A stretch of DNA of 25,495 nt from a virus (Duplodnaviria; Caudoviricetes): the IMG/VR virus record IMGVR_UViG_3300006869_000094, positions 1 to 25,495 of that record. One strand, given 5' to 3'. The position numbers and the translations under genes were made by a program. The notes under the pieces are model-generated. The model saw only the letters and a list, made by a program, of their open reading frames with translations, ran no database searches and had not been told where the DNA came from. Positions 15,037 through 23,084 of the stretch are shown one piece after another; the first letter of the stretch is position 1; each line of letters opens with the position of its first letter.

Positions 15037-16970
15037 TATAGATAAGACAAATCTAGTAGAATTTTTTGTTTAATAAATCTATTTAACACATTAAGTTCAT
15101 TCAAAAATTGACCCTGTATTTGTTTTTGTGGTTTTGGCATTGTTGCCGAAACCACTTGTTGTGGTGTAGGTGCTGGAGGATCAACAACAACAATTTGCTG
15201 CCCCTTTCTTTCTGGAGTTATTGATTGTGGTATTTGCGATTTTACCACTGGATACAAAGTAGATGTTTTTTGTTGACTTACACCTTCAGTTGCCTTTGAT
15301 CCGGGGGCACCATGCGATACAGTAATTCCACCAGTACCGATAATTTCTGCTTCTCTACCATAACCACCTCGATAATAAACTTCACCAACAGCGAACGGAA
15401 ATTTAGTTGCGGATCCTACTTGAGATGGGAAAGTTTGTTTTACATTTGGATTATGCTCTTGAATATCAACAGCAGCACTACTTCTTGCACCATGGGCTTT
15501 TTGTTCTGCAGATATCAAACCTTTTAATTTTTGATCGTCGGTATTTTTATCTGCATTTTTTTTAATATTACCAAAATGAATCCAAGACCCTCTAGCAAAC
15601 ATTGCCTTTGCTGCTCTAAAAGCAACTTCACGAATATTTGCCAACTGTTGAGCAGTTGGATTTGCAGTTTTAGCATCTATATGAAAGTGAGTTGCATATG
15701 TAGTTTCACCACCTTTTCCAGATCCCCCCTGAATAAGTCCACCAGATCCGGTTTGTGGTATTAGATTCATAGTTCCAGTAGATACTGGTCTTGGTGGTGT
15801 TGGTGTTGGTGTTGGTGTTTTTGGTGGTTGTGATTGTCCACTAGGTTTAAAATTTCTAATAAATGCATTATGCTGCTGTTTTCTTGCACCTCTAACTCTT
15901 TCGGAAGGTCTCTCCCATTTTACCATCCACCACTGTGCCGCATCTTCTGGTGAAGAAAACTGTGTCTTCAAATATGCAGGACCAGCATCCTCAACTAGAG
16001 CATAGTCTAACTGCCCTTTCCAGTTTCTCTGCCAGTTTGGAACATTTGCTGCCATTCTATCACTTCTTGGTTTCTTCCATTGGAACAAACCACCAGCACC
16101 ACCATCATCACCACTCTTTGCACCAACTCTAAACTTACTTTCTCCCTCAATGTTTGCAAGAATACCCATGGCATGGGCATGAGAAATTCCCTTTTGCCTT
16201 AAATATGAATAAACTGCTTGTGGACTTACTCTACCACCAGAAGTTTCTGGTTCTTTAGTCTCTCCAGGTTGATATGGTTCAGGGTACAAAGTATCTGGTG
16301 CAGGTTGACCTGGTAGTGGTGCCTCTTCACCGGTATCAATAGATTGAGTCAAAGGTGTTGTCAATAAACCATATCCTTCCAGTATTTCTCTGTTTACCGA
16401 TTCTATCGCATCATTCAATTCAGTAAGCGATGTTCTTACTCTATTGGATTGATCAGTAAAATCCAAATTTAAAATATTCGACCCCACACTATGAAGAAGT
16501 GTGCCAAATCGTTGTACTATTGTGATCATTCCTCCCAAAAAATTTGAGATTATAGATCCCATCTTATAGACTCTAGAGATAAATTCTTTACCTATAAAAA
16601 TAATAGTAGGTAAATTTTCAACAAGCCATCCAGCAGTAATAAATCCCAAAAATCCAAGCAATCTTTGAAAAGGACCTGCAGAACTATTCGAAATCATAGA
16701 TGCAGATGCTTTAAATGTATTTGTAGAAACTTTAGATGCTTCGATTCTGTCCTCTATAATTTTTCTTTTTTCATTTTCTCTACGTCTTAAATCTAAAATA
16801 TTTGACTTATATGCTATCGTTTCCTTAAGTTTTATATTACTAGATATTACTTGATTTATTTTATTGACAGAAATATTGGATTTTAATATTTCTGTTTTAG
16901 CTGAAGAAATAGATTTATTAGCACTTTGAGTAAATCTAAACGATGATCTAAGTGAATCTGATATTGCCAT
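15036..16970 (-). CDS. Tape-measure-like tail protein with phage tail lysozyme domain and a possible permuted M23 peptidase domain
   Basis: Coiled-coil N-terminus, hydrophobic segment LLGFLGFITAGWLVENLPTII, then YLRQKGISHAHAMGILANIEGES...GGLFQW...QLDY...FSSPEDAA (Phage_lysozyme2-like, ~16224-15850), a PT linker, and a THFH...GGYG domain. Confidence 0.7.
   Translation of the reverse strand: MAISDSLRSSFRFTQSANKSISSAKTEILKSNISVNKINQVISSNIKLKETIAYKSNILDLRRRENEKRKIIEDRIEASKVSTNTFKASASMISNSSAGPFQRLLGFLGFITAGWLVENLPTIIFIGKEFISRVYKMGSIISNFLGGMITIVQRFGTLLHSVGSNILNLDFTDQSNRVRTSLTELNDAIESVNREILEGYGLLTTPLTQSIDTGEEAPLPGQPAPDTLYPEPYQPGETKEPETSGGRVSPQAVYSYLRQKGISHAHAMGILANIEGESKFRVGAKSGDDGGAGGLFQWKKPRSDRMAANVPNWQRNWKGQLDYALVEDAGPAYLKTQFSSPEDAAQWWMVKWERPSERVRGARKQQHNAFIRNFKPSGQSQPPKTPTPTPTPPRPVSTGTMNLIPQTGSGGLIQGGSGKGGETTYATHFHIDAKTANPTAQQLANIREVAFRAAKAMFARGSWIHFGNIKKNADKNTDDQKLKGLISAEQKAHGARSSAAVDIQEHNPNVKQTFPSQVGSATKFPFAVGEVYYRGGYGREAEIIGTGGITVSHGAPGSKATEGVSQQKTSTLYPVVKSQIPQSITPERKGQQIVVVDPPAPTPQQVVSATMPKPQKQIQGQFLNELNVLNRFIKQKILLDLSYL
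15796..15819. repeat. (GGTGTT)4 encoding a Thr-Pro linker
   Basis: Four exact 6-nt units, giving PKTPTPTPTPP between two catalytic-like domains. Confidence 0.85.
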
Positions 16971-16971
16971 C

Positions 16972-18765
16972 TTAGATTACCACGTTGTAATTTAAAAGAG
17001 AATATAATATATAAAAATTATCTGGATTTGACGATTTTATCAATGGAACATCAGTAACACTTTCATCATAATTTGGTTGAGATTGAGTAGATACTTGTTG
17101 TTTTGGTTGTGGTTGCTGTGCAACTATTACATCTGGTTTTGGTTCTGGTAAAACATCAATTTTAGGAACTTCTTTAGTTACTGCTGAAATTTCCGGTTCT
17201 TTAGTTTGTGTGGTTACTTTTGGTTCCTCTAACCGCATTTTACTCCAATCATACCCCTTTGATTCTGCCCATTGCTTTGCTTGTTGTTTATCATCATCAC
17301 TCATTTTTGACCAAGCACTTTCAATTTTCCCTCTAGCAAGAGGATTATCTTTGTATTGCCAAGCTCTTTCATATTGTTTAACCTTTTCCTCAGGTATTAC
17401 AAGGGAAGGTTGTGATTTCATCAAATTCTCTTGAGGTTCTATCTTAGTTTCCTGAGATGGTTGAGAACTTTGGGATTTTATTAGTGGTGTTGAAAGTGGT
17501 GGTGTTACAGGAGTTACTGTATTTGAAGTTGGGTTTGGTGGATTAGAAGTGGTGGTGGTAGAATTTGCAGCAGTAGAAGTGGTAGATGGTTTTGAAGTTG
17601 GGTTTGGTGGATTAGAAGTGGTGGTGGTAGAATTTGCAGCAGTAGAAGTGGTAGATGGTTCGGATTTTTCAGTATTATTCGCTCCAGTCATAGTATCGGA
17701 TAATTTTCCCCCCATATCCCAACCCAACATACCAGCACCAATTGTAAGTGGAAATTTTACAATTCCGGGAAGAGGTAATTTAGAAGTTACTTTCATTGCA
17801 GTGCTGGAAGCAGCCATACTTGACACGCTTCCAGCGCCTGCCTGAAGATTAGTTTGTCCTTCTGATTTTCTACCTAAAAAATCTATACCTCCAGCGGCTA
17901 AAGTAAATGCATTAGATGCAATAGAAGTTGCCTTAGAAAAAAATCCAGAAGTTGGTTTTGGAGTTGAAGAAGACTTTGGTGATGCAGAAGATGAAGGAAC
18001 TGGTTTTTTATTGCCACCAACTAACCGCCTAATTGCATTTATTCCTGATACAAATGGAGCAGTTATAACTTTACCAATAAGAGATAATATTTTACCTGTT
18101 AATCCTACAATTAACTTTATTGCTAATCCAATTCCACCATTAATTGCAAATAAAACTCCACCCGCTATTCCCAGTTTCTGTAATATATTATTTTTAATTT
18201 CAGTTAATTTATCAGTATCACCTTCATTTTGGGCATCAAAATATTTTACTATTTCATTAGTTAACCAACCGGTAAATAAAAATAATAAAGAACGTTTAAT
18301 ATTTTCAAACATGTTAGTAACTTTTGGTGCCAATTTTTGAACTGGTACCACAAGAGCTGCCTGGATTCTATTTTCAATTTCGTTTTCTTTTCCTACTCGT
18401 ACTTCCTGTTCAGTATATCGTCGATTTTTTTCCAGATCTGCATTTAGTCTTGCTTGGTCTCCAGCAGCATCTTTTTCGAGTAATTGAGCAATAGTAGTAA
18501 GACCAGCATTTAAAGTTACTATCTGCTGGTTTAAATTGTTAATTTGAGTGTTAACACCAATTAATGACTCTTGATTAGTTTGTATTAACTCTAATTTTTG
18601 CTTATTATCATTTACATACTGAGATATAAAACTATCTCGATTAAAAGCAGTGCCAGATATTCTCGTTTTATTAAATATTGCCTGTCTTACTTCTTTAGAC
18701 AATGGAGATCCTGTAATGGGATCTACCCCACTTGAAGCAACTGAATTTAAATCAACCTCAGCCAT
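16972..18765 (-). CDS. Tape-measure-like tail protein (coiled-coil, Gly/Ala amphipathic helices, Ser/Thr/Pro low-complexity tail)
   Basis: 597 aa; heptad N-terminus, LFLFTGWL segment paralleling FITAGWL in the next gene; lies directly after gp26/gp51. Function is inferred. Confidence 0.55.
   Translation of the reverse strand: MAEVDLNSVASSGVDPITGSPLSKEVRQAIFNKTRISGTAFNRDSFISQYVNDNKQKLELIQTNQESLIGVNTQINNLNQQIVTLNAGLTTIAQLLEKDAAGDQARLNADLEKNRRYTEQEVRVGKENEIENRIQAALVVPVQKLAPKVTNMFENIKRSLLFLFTGWLTNEIVKYFDAQNEGDTDKLTEIKNNILQKLGIAGGVLFAINGGIGLAIKLIVGLTGKILSLIGKVITAPFVSGINAIRRLVGGNKKPVPSSSASPKSSSTPKPTSGFFSKATSIASNAFTLAAGGIDFLGRKSEGQTNLQAGAGSVSSMAASSTAMKVTSKLPLPGIVKFPLTIGAGMLGWDMGGKLSDTMTGANNTEKSEPSTTSTAANSTTTTSNPPNPTSKPSTTSTAANSTTTTSNPPNPTSNTVTPVTPPLSTPLIKSQSSQPSQETKIEPQENLMKSQPSLVIPEEKVKQYERAWQYKDNPLARGKIESAWSKMSDDDKQQAKQWAESKGYDWSKMRLEEPKVTTQTKEPEISAVTKEVPKIDVLPEPKPDVIVAQQPQPKQQVSTQSQPNYDESVTDVPLIKSSNPDNFYILYSLLNYNVVI
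17522..17659. repeat. Perfect 69-bp tandem duplication (2 copies, 23 aa each)
   Basis: 17522-17590 is identical to 17591-17659; encodes PSTTSTAANSTTTTSNPPNPTS twice. Confidence 0.97.
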
Positions 18766-18931
18766 TAGCGTTATTCTTTAGGTTTTCCTCTTCAATATAT
18801 TGTTGAAGAAGGGAAATATAAACTTCCCTTTCCCAAGGAATCATATTTTCTATCTCTGTCAAAGAGTATTTATGATGCTGAATGAGAGCAAAATTAACTT
18901 TATAATATGACTCAATAGATTCATGAGCCAT
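18758..18931 (-). CDS. gp51: Baseplate hub assembly catalyst gp51 (short cyanophage type, 57 aa); possible -1 frameshift extension of gp26
   Basis: Below the ORF-track size cutoff. Manual translation MAHESIESYYKVNFALIQHHKYSLTEIENMIPWEREVYISLLQQYIEEENLKNNANG*, with the characteristic HHKYSLTEIENMIPWERE motif. Confidence 0.9.
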   Translation of the reverse strand: MAHESIESYYKVNFALIQHHKYSLTEIENMIPWEREVYISLLQQYIEEENLKNNANG

Positions 18932-18933
18932 AA

Positions 18934-19653
18934 CTAGGCGAAAAAACTAGACAATCCCTCAATTACAATGTCACTCTCTACATCAGTGTTTGGATTTCTA
19001 ACTTTTATTGTATGGGAAAGTTTTGGCATAGTTTCAAAAAACTTTTCAATCATCTTAAATTGATTTGAAGTTAATTGCTCAAGAAATCCAATAAGTTCTT
19101 TTTTTGTACAATCAGAAGCAGACCAAGATTCCTCTTCATTATAAATTTGCTCAATACATGAACATATTAATTCAAATGTATCATCAACACTAATTTCTTG
19201 ACCGTTTGCAAAATTAGTTTTCACAAATTCTTTCATGGAAGGATATTTCATCCTAATCGATAAATTACCATCAAGTTGAATATCCCGAGAGTGATCATCA
19301 CCAATTTCTACATTAATTTCATCAATATTAATACTAACTGGTACCTGAGTCTTTCCATCATCTGGACATGTAATTAAAAGATCTACAGACTCTCCTACAG
19401 ATTTTCCCCGTATATTTAAAAACAAATATTCTATATCAAATGTTGAAAGATTCTCTACCTTTACTCCACGAGTTATAATACAATTGGAGATAACAGTTTT
19501 TATTGCCTCAGCGATTTGATTTGAATCCTCACTTTCCATCGCAATAATTAATATTTTTTCTTCTTTAACTAAAAAAGGTCTATACTTAATGCTTTTTTTT
19601 AATGATGGTATTTCCAACTCATATGTTGGTGTAGAAATGGCAGGTAATGGCAT
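18934..19653 (-). CDS. gp26: Baseplate hub assembly protein, usually annotated gp26 in cyanophages
   Basis: MPLPxIxTPTYEL...YRPFLVKEEKILI...DIEYLFLNIRGKSVGE...CPDD...FFETMPKL...EGLSSFF. Confidence 0.9.
   Translation of the reverse strand: MPLPAISTPTYELEIPSLKKSIKYRPFLVKEEKILIIAMESEDSNQIAEAIKTVISNCIITRGVKVENLSTFDIEYLFLNIRGKSVGESVDLLITCPDDGKTQVPVSINIDEINVEIGDDHSRDIQLDGNLSIRMKYPSMKEFVKTNFANGQEISVDDTFELICSCIEQIYNEEESWSASDCTKKELIGFLEQLTSNQFKMIEKFFETMPKLSHTIKVRNPNTDVESDIVIEGLSSFFA
18940..18946 (-). promoter_or_regulatory. Candidate -1 ribosomal frameshift heptamer T-TTT-TTC
   Basis: Minus strand reads AGT TTT TTC GCC TAG TT ATG; the -1 frame reads TTT CGC CTA GTT ATG GCT into gp51. Confidence 0.6.
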
Positions 19654-19679
19654 AATAATCCCATAAATTCAGGTATGTT

Positions 19680-19687
19680 TATTTATT
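19680..19687 (-). promoter_or_regulatory. T4-type late promoter (AATAAATA) upstream of gp26
   Basis: Matches NATAAATA; 26 nt upstream of the gp26 ATG, overlapping the upstream stop codon. Confidence 0.65.
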
Positions 19688-20480
19688 GCCTCTTGCCGTA
19701 TAAAGATTCATATAATGTCAAATCGGAGGGAAATAATTCAACTCCATTAGAAGGTATTGAACCAGGAGATCTAGGTATTAATCTTTTTGAAGAATCTACT
19801 GTAGACGATTGTTTTGGTGTGGATGATTGTTTATTATTATCAGTATTTTGATAAATTGGAAGACTACTAATCTTTCCACAAACATATCTTTCATATTGAA
19901 ATGATGCAGATACAGTCATAACATTAGATGAACTATATGAAACTGGAATAGATGAGACACTTATTGGGAAAAGTCCAATAAAATTATAGTTAAGTTCTCT
20001 CCTATAATCTCTCTCAAATTTTGTTATAGTAGTAAAATTTGACTTATAATATGATGGGTACTGCATTCTCACAAAATATGCATCATGCCCCTGATTGATG
20101 GGTCCAGAAATTCCATCTATTGGATTATGAGATCCACTACTCATAAATTCCATCCAATGCTCTAAAAATTTTATTACTTTATATTTTTTATCAACATAAA
20201 ACTCCATGTTAATTGGAGCATAAATTTTTGAATGTGCAAATTTTTCTTGAACACCTATATGATTATATACTTCACCAGATGCAAATGAAAATGTTGGAAG
20301 AGTTGTTGATGAGCAAAGCAATCCCAAATCTTCATATATAAATCTCGCATCCACTCCTCTTTGTGAGAGATAAAATAATAATTCCGAACTTAGTCCACCA
20401 AATTTAACTTCATAGTGGGAAGTTTGAGCAACATTTGTAAAAAGTGGTTTAATATCGGATATTTTACGTGAATATGGCAC
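19683..20480 (-). CDS. Tail-tube-fold protein, probably baseplate tail tube initiator (gp54-like)
   Basis: GTG start; LLCSSTTLP...KFAHSKIYAPINMEFYVD...FLEHWMEF...YNFIGLFPISVSSIPVSY...VSASFQY resembles the gp19/gp54 family. Confidence 0.65.
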   Translation of the reverse strand: MPYSRKISDIKPLFTNVAQTSHYEVKFGGLSSELLFYLSQRGVDARFIYEDLGLLCSSTTLPTFSFASGEVYNHIGVQEKFAHSKIYAPINMEFYVDKKYKVIKFLEHWMEFMSSGSHNPIDGISGPINQGHDAYFVRMQYPSYYKSNFTTITKFERDYRRELNYNFIGLFPISVSSIPVSYSSSNVMTVSASFQYERYVCGKISSLPIYQNTDNNKQSSTPKQSSTVDSSKRLIPRSPGSIPSNGVELFPSDLTLYESLYGKRQ

Positions 20481-20488
20481 TCTAAATA
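20481..20488 (+). promoter_or_regulatory. Late-promoter-like TCTAAATA for the gp4-gp2 operon
   Basis: One mismatch from TATAAATA; 32 nt before the gp4 ATG. Confidence 0.55.
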
Positions 20489-20513
20489 CCTATATTAGGT
20501 TTATATTATTAAC

Positions 20514-20521
20514 TATTTAGA
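20514..20521 (-). promoter_or_regulatory. Late-promoter-like TCTAAATA for the leftward tail/baseplate operon
   Basis: Exact inverted copy of the motif at 20481-20488; 33 nt before the GTG at 20480. Confidence 0.55.
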
Positions 20522-20958
20522 TGTCATACAAAGGTAAATATAGTCCATCACATCCCAAAAAATATAAGGGAGATCCAACTAATATCATTTATCGTTCTTT
20601 GTGGGAAAGACGTTTCATGAATTATTGTGACTTAAATGAAAATATTTTAGAGTGGGGTTCTGAAGAACTAGCACTTCCATATAGATCACCACTTGATGGA
20701 AAAATTCACAAATATTTTCCAGATTTTTATGTTAAAGTGAGACAAAGTGATGGAAAAATTCAAAAATATATAATTGAAATAAAACCAAAAAAACAAACTA
20801 TAGAACCAAAGGTTCAAAAAAAGAAAACAAAGGGATATATTTTTGAAGTAACTGAATGGGTAAAAAATCAAGAAAAGTGGAAAGCAGCTAAAGAATTTTG
20901 TGAAGATCGTCAATGGCAATTTAAAATAATAACCGAAGATGAACTAGGTATCAAATAA
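20521..20958 (+). CDS. gp4: Head completion protein gp4 (TnsA-like PD-(D/E)xK nuclease)
   Basis: YKGKY.P..P.KYKGDPTNIIYRSLWE...WGSEE...YFPDF...IEIKP...KWKAA...FKIITE. Confidence 0.93.
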   Translation: MSYKGKYSPSHPKKYKGDPTNIIYRSLWERRFMNYCDLNENILEWGSEELALPYRSPLDGKIHKYFPDFYVKVRQSDGKIQKYIIEIKPKKQTIEPKVQKKKTKGYIFEVTEWVKNQEKWKAAKEFCEDRQWQFKIITEDELGIK

Positions 20959-21515
20959 TGGCATTAACAGGACACGAAAAACCATTAAACGAATATACTA
21001 AAAAAGAATTAATTCAAATTGCAAAATCGTATGTAATTTATTATGTTTCCGAAAAAGGATCTGGAAGAACGGGTGGGTATGAGAAATTAAATAAAGAAAA
21101 ATTAATTTCTTTAATTCAAAATGATATAGATTATCGAAGATCAAATCCAAATTTACAAAATAGACCCAACAATAGGATAGAAAAATTAGTTAATAGTTTA
21201 TATGGTAGTGAAACTCCAGAAGAATTAATGGATGCAATTATAGAATCTTTATCAGATAATGAATCAAATAGCATTAGTTCTGGTGGATATTACACATTCA
21301 TCTATTATGCAAAAACACCTGGAATCATATATGATCAACATCCATTGATTCTTGCAGGTGACATAACTGAGAACGGATTTTTTGGATTCAATTATCATTG
21401 GGGAAAAATAAGACAATATACATATCCAGAAGTAGCAAGTCCTCTGTTTCCAGTATCTTTATACGAATTTAATTCACTAAGACAATTACCCTATGCAAAA
21501 TTTATCAGAAGATGA
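20958..21515 (+). CDS. gp2: DNA end protector gp2-like protein with N-terminal Rho_N/HeH-like extension
   Basis: YYTFIYYAKT...YDQHPLI...GFFGFNYHW core; position between gp4 and gp48. Confidence 0.7.
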   Translation: MALTGHEKPLNEYTKKELIQIAKSYVIYYVSEKGSGRTGGYEKLNKEKLISLIQNDIDYRRSNPNLQNRPNNRIEKLVNSLYGSETPEELMDAIIESLSDNESNSISSGGYYTFIYYAKTPGIIYDQHPLILAGDITENGFFGFNYHWGKIRQYTYPEVASPLFPVSLYEFNSLRQLPYAKFIRR

Positions 21516-21516
21516 T

Positions 21517-21524
21517 GATAAATA
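21517..21524 (+). promoter_or_regulatory. T4-type late promoter (GATAAATA) upstream of gp48
   Basis: NATAAATA in a 22-nt intergenic gap, 13 nt before the ATG. Confidence 0.65.
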
Positions 21525-21537
21525 ACTATAAAAAATA

Positions 21538-22431
21538 ATGGCTCAATTAAGATACCCATTAAAAAATATAGGTATAAATGACGATTATTTAAAGATAGAG
21601 ATCGTCGAATACATACCCCCTGGTTTATCTCAATCTGGCAGTGGATTTGCTTTAGGAACTACAGATCAGGCTATTAGAAATAATAAAAAATTATTAGAGA
21701 CTATTATTTTACCGATACCACAAAACATAAGTGATTCTAATTCTACGAGTTGGGGAGAAAATAGTTTAGATGCAGTTTCCGGCGGATTAATGTCTGGTGC
21801 TCAGGAGGTAATAAAATCTGGAACACCTCTCCAAACTGGATTGAATGCTGTGAAGGGAGCACTTGATAAAATAGGTGGTGCTGTTACTGATGCAACTGGG
21901 CAAAATGCAGCATCGGCAACATTTGCAGGATTGGCAGTACAGCAATTAATCAGTGGAGAATTAAATATCAATCAACTAGTTTCTAGAGCAACAGGTGCTG
22001 TAGTTAATCAAAACGTAGAACTTTTATTTGGTGGAACTACGATTAGAACACCATTTCAATTTTCTTATGATTTAATTCCCAGATCAAAACCAGAATCTGA
22101 TATGGTTAAAAAGATAATTAGACTATTCAAACAAAATATGACTGCAAGTAAAGGATCTGCAGAATCTACGGGTGGTGGATTTTTTATAAAATCACCAAAT
22201 GTATTTCTATTGTCATATATGAGTGGTGGAAAAGAACACCCATTCTTACATCGATTCAAACCATGTGCCTTAGTCAATATGGGAGTTAATTATACTGCAT
22301 CGGGAACATACGCAACATATTCAGATGCGACCCCAGTACATTTACAATTATCTCTTGCTTTTCAAGAATTATCTATTGTATATGCTGAAGATTATAATCA
22401 AGGAGAAGGTGAACTAGGAGTAGGTTACTAA
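21538..22431 (+). CDS. gp48: Baseplate tail tube cap gp48
   Basis: LRYP...ILPIPQNISDSNSTSWG...NQNVELLFGG..R.FQFSYDLIPRS..ES...IIRLFK...FKPCALVNMGVNYT...LAFQEL. Confidence 0.88.
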   Translation: MAQLRYPLKNIGINDDYLKIEIVEYIPPGLSQSGSGFALGTTDQAIRNNKKLLETIILPIPQNISDSNSTSWGENSLDAVSGGLMSGAQEVIKSGTPLQTGLNAVKGALDKIGGAVTDATGQNAASATFAGLAVQQLISGELNINQLVSRATGAVVNQNVELLFGGTTIRTPFQFSYDLIPRSKPESDMVKKIIRLFKQNMTASKGSAESTGGGFFIKSPNVFLLSYMSGGKEHPFLHRFKPCALVNMGVNYTASGTYATYSDATPVHLQLSLAFQELSIVYAEDYNQGEGELGVGY

Positions 22432-23084
22432 TGACATATTTCAGAGAACTTCCTAACGTAGAATATCAGTCACCATTAAATACAAGACTATCTTCTGATG
22501 AATATATAATTGTTAAAAATTTGTTCAGAAGAGCAAAACTTAGAGATGATCTTCAAAATGTTTTTACACTATTCAACAAATATGAAATAAAAGATGGATC
22601 TAGACCTGATACAGTTGCTAAAGAATTATATAATAGTTCGGAGTATGATTGGGTAGTATTGATTAGTGCAGGAATAACAAACATAAGAGATCAATGGCCT
22701 TTATCAGATAAAGACTTATACGATTTCTGTTTCGAAATCTATGGATCAAATTTAAATCAAATTCATCATTACGAAACTATCGAAGTTAAAGATTCTGAAA
22801 ATAGATTGATTCTTCCATCAGGAAAAGTTGTTGATGGAAACTTTACTATACCAGACCCACAAAATAAATTATCAAATATTAGTCCACCACCAGTTGTTGG
22901 AATAAGTAACTATGAATATGAAGTTAGAAAAAATAATGAAAAAAGAACAATATATGTTCTTAAACCTGGTTATTTAAAACAAGTAATTAAAGATATGAGA
23001 ACTTCTTTAATCTATGACAGGTCCTCGGAGTATGTTAATGAAACATTGATAAAGACAGAAAATACAAGAAATACTATATTATGA
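22431..23084 (+). CDS. gp53: Baseplate wedge subunit gp53 (LysM-like)
   Basis: YFRELPNVEY...KNLFRR...YEIKDGSRPDTVAKELY...DWVVL...QWPL...IHHYET...SNYEYE...NEKR.IYVLKP. Confidence 0.92.
   Translation: MTYFRELPNVEYQSPLNTRLSSDEYIIVKNLFRRAKLRDDLQNVFTLFNKYEIKDGSRPDTVAKELYNSSEYDWVVLISAGITNIRDQWPLSDKDLYDFCFEIYGSNLNQIHHYETIEVKDSENRLILPSGKVVDGNFTIPDPQNKLSNISPPPVVGISNYEYEVRKNNEKRTIYVLKPGYLKQVIKDMRTSLIYDRSSEYVNETLIKTENTRNTIL

Noticed and set aside
15935-16132. + strand ORF with a poly-His tail
   Set aside because: Antisense shadow of Gly/Asp/Ala codons in the lysozyme domain.
20521-20958. TnsA-like nuclease as a sign of a Tn7-like transposon or homing endonuclease
   Set aside because: This is the core T4 gp4 head completion gene in its usual context; no transposon ends or tnsB/C.
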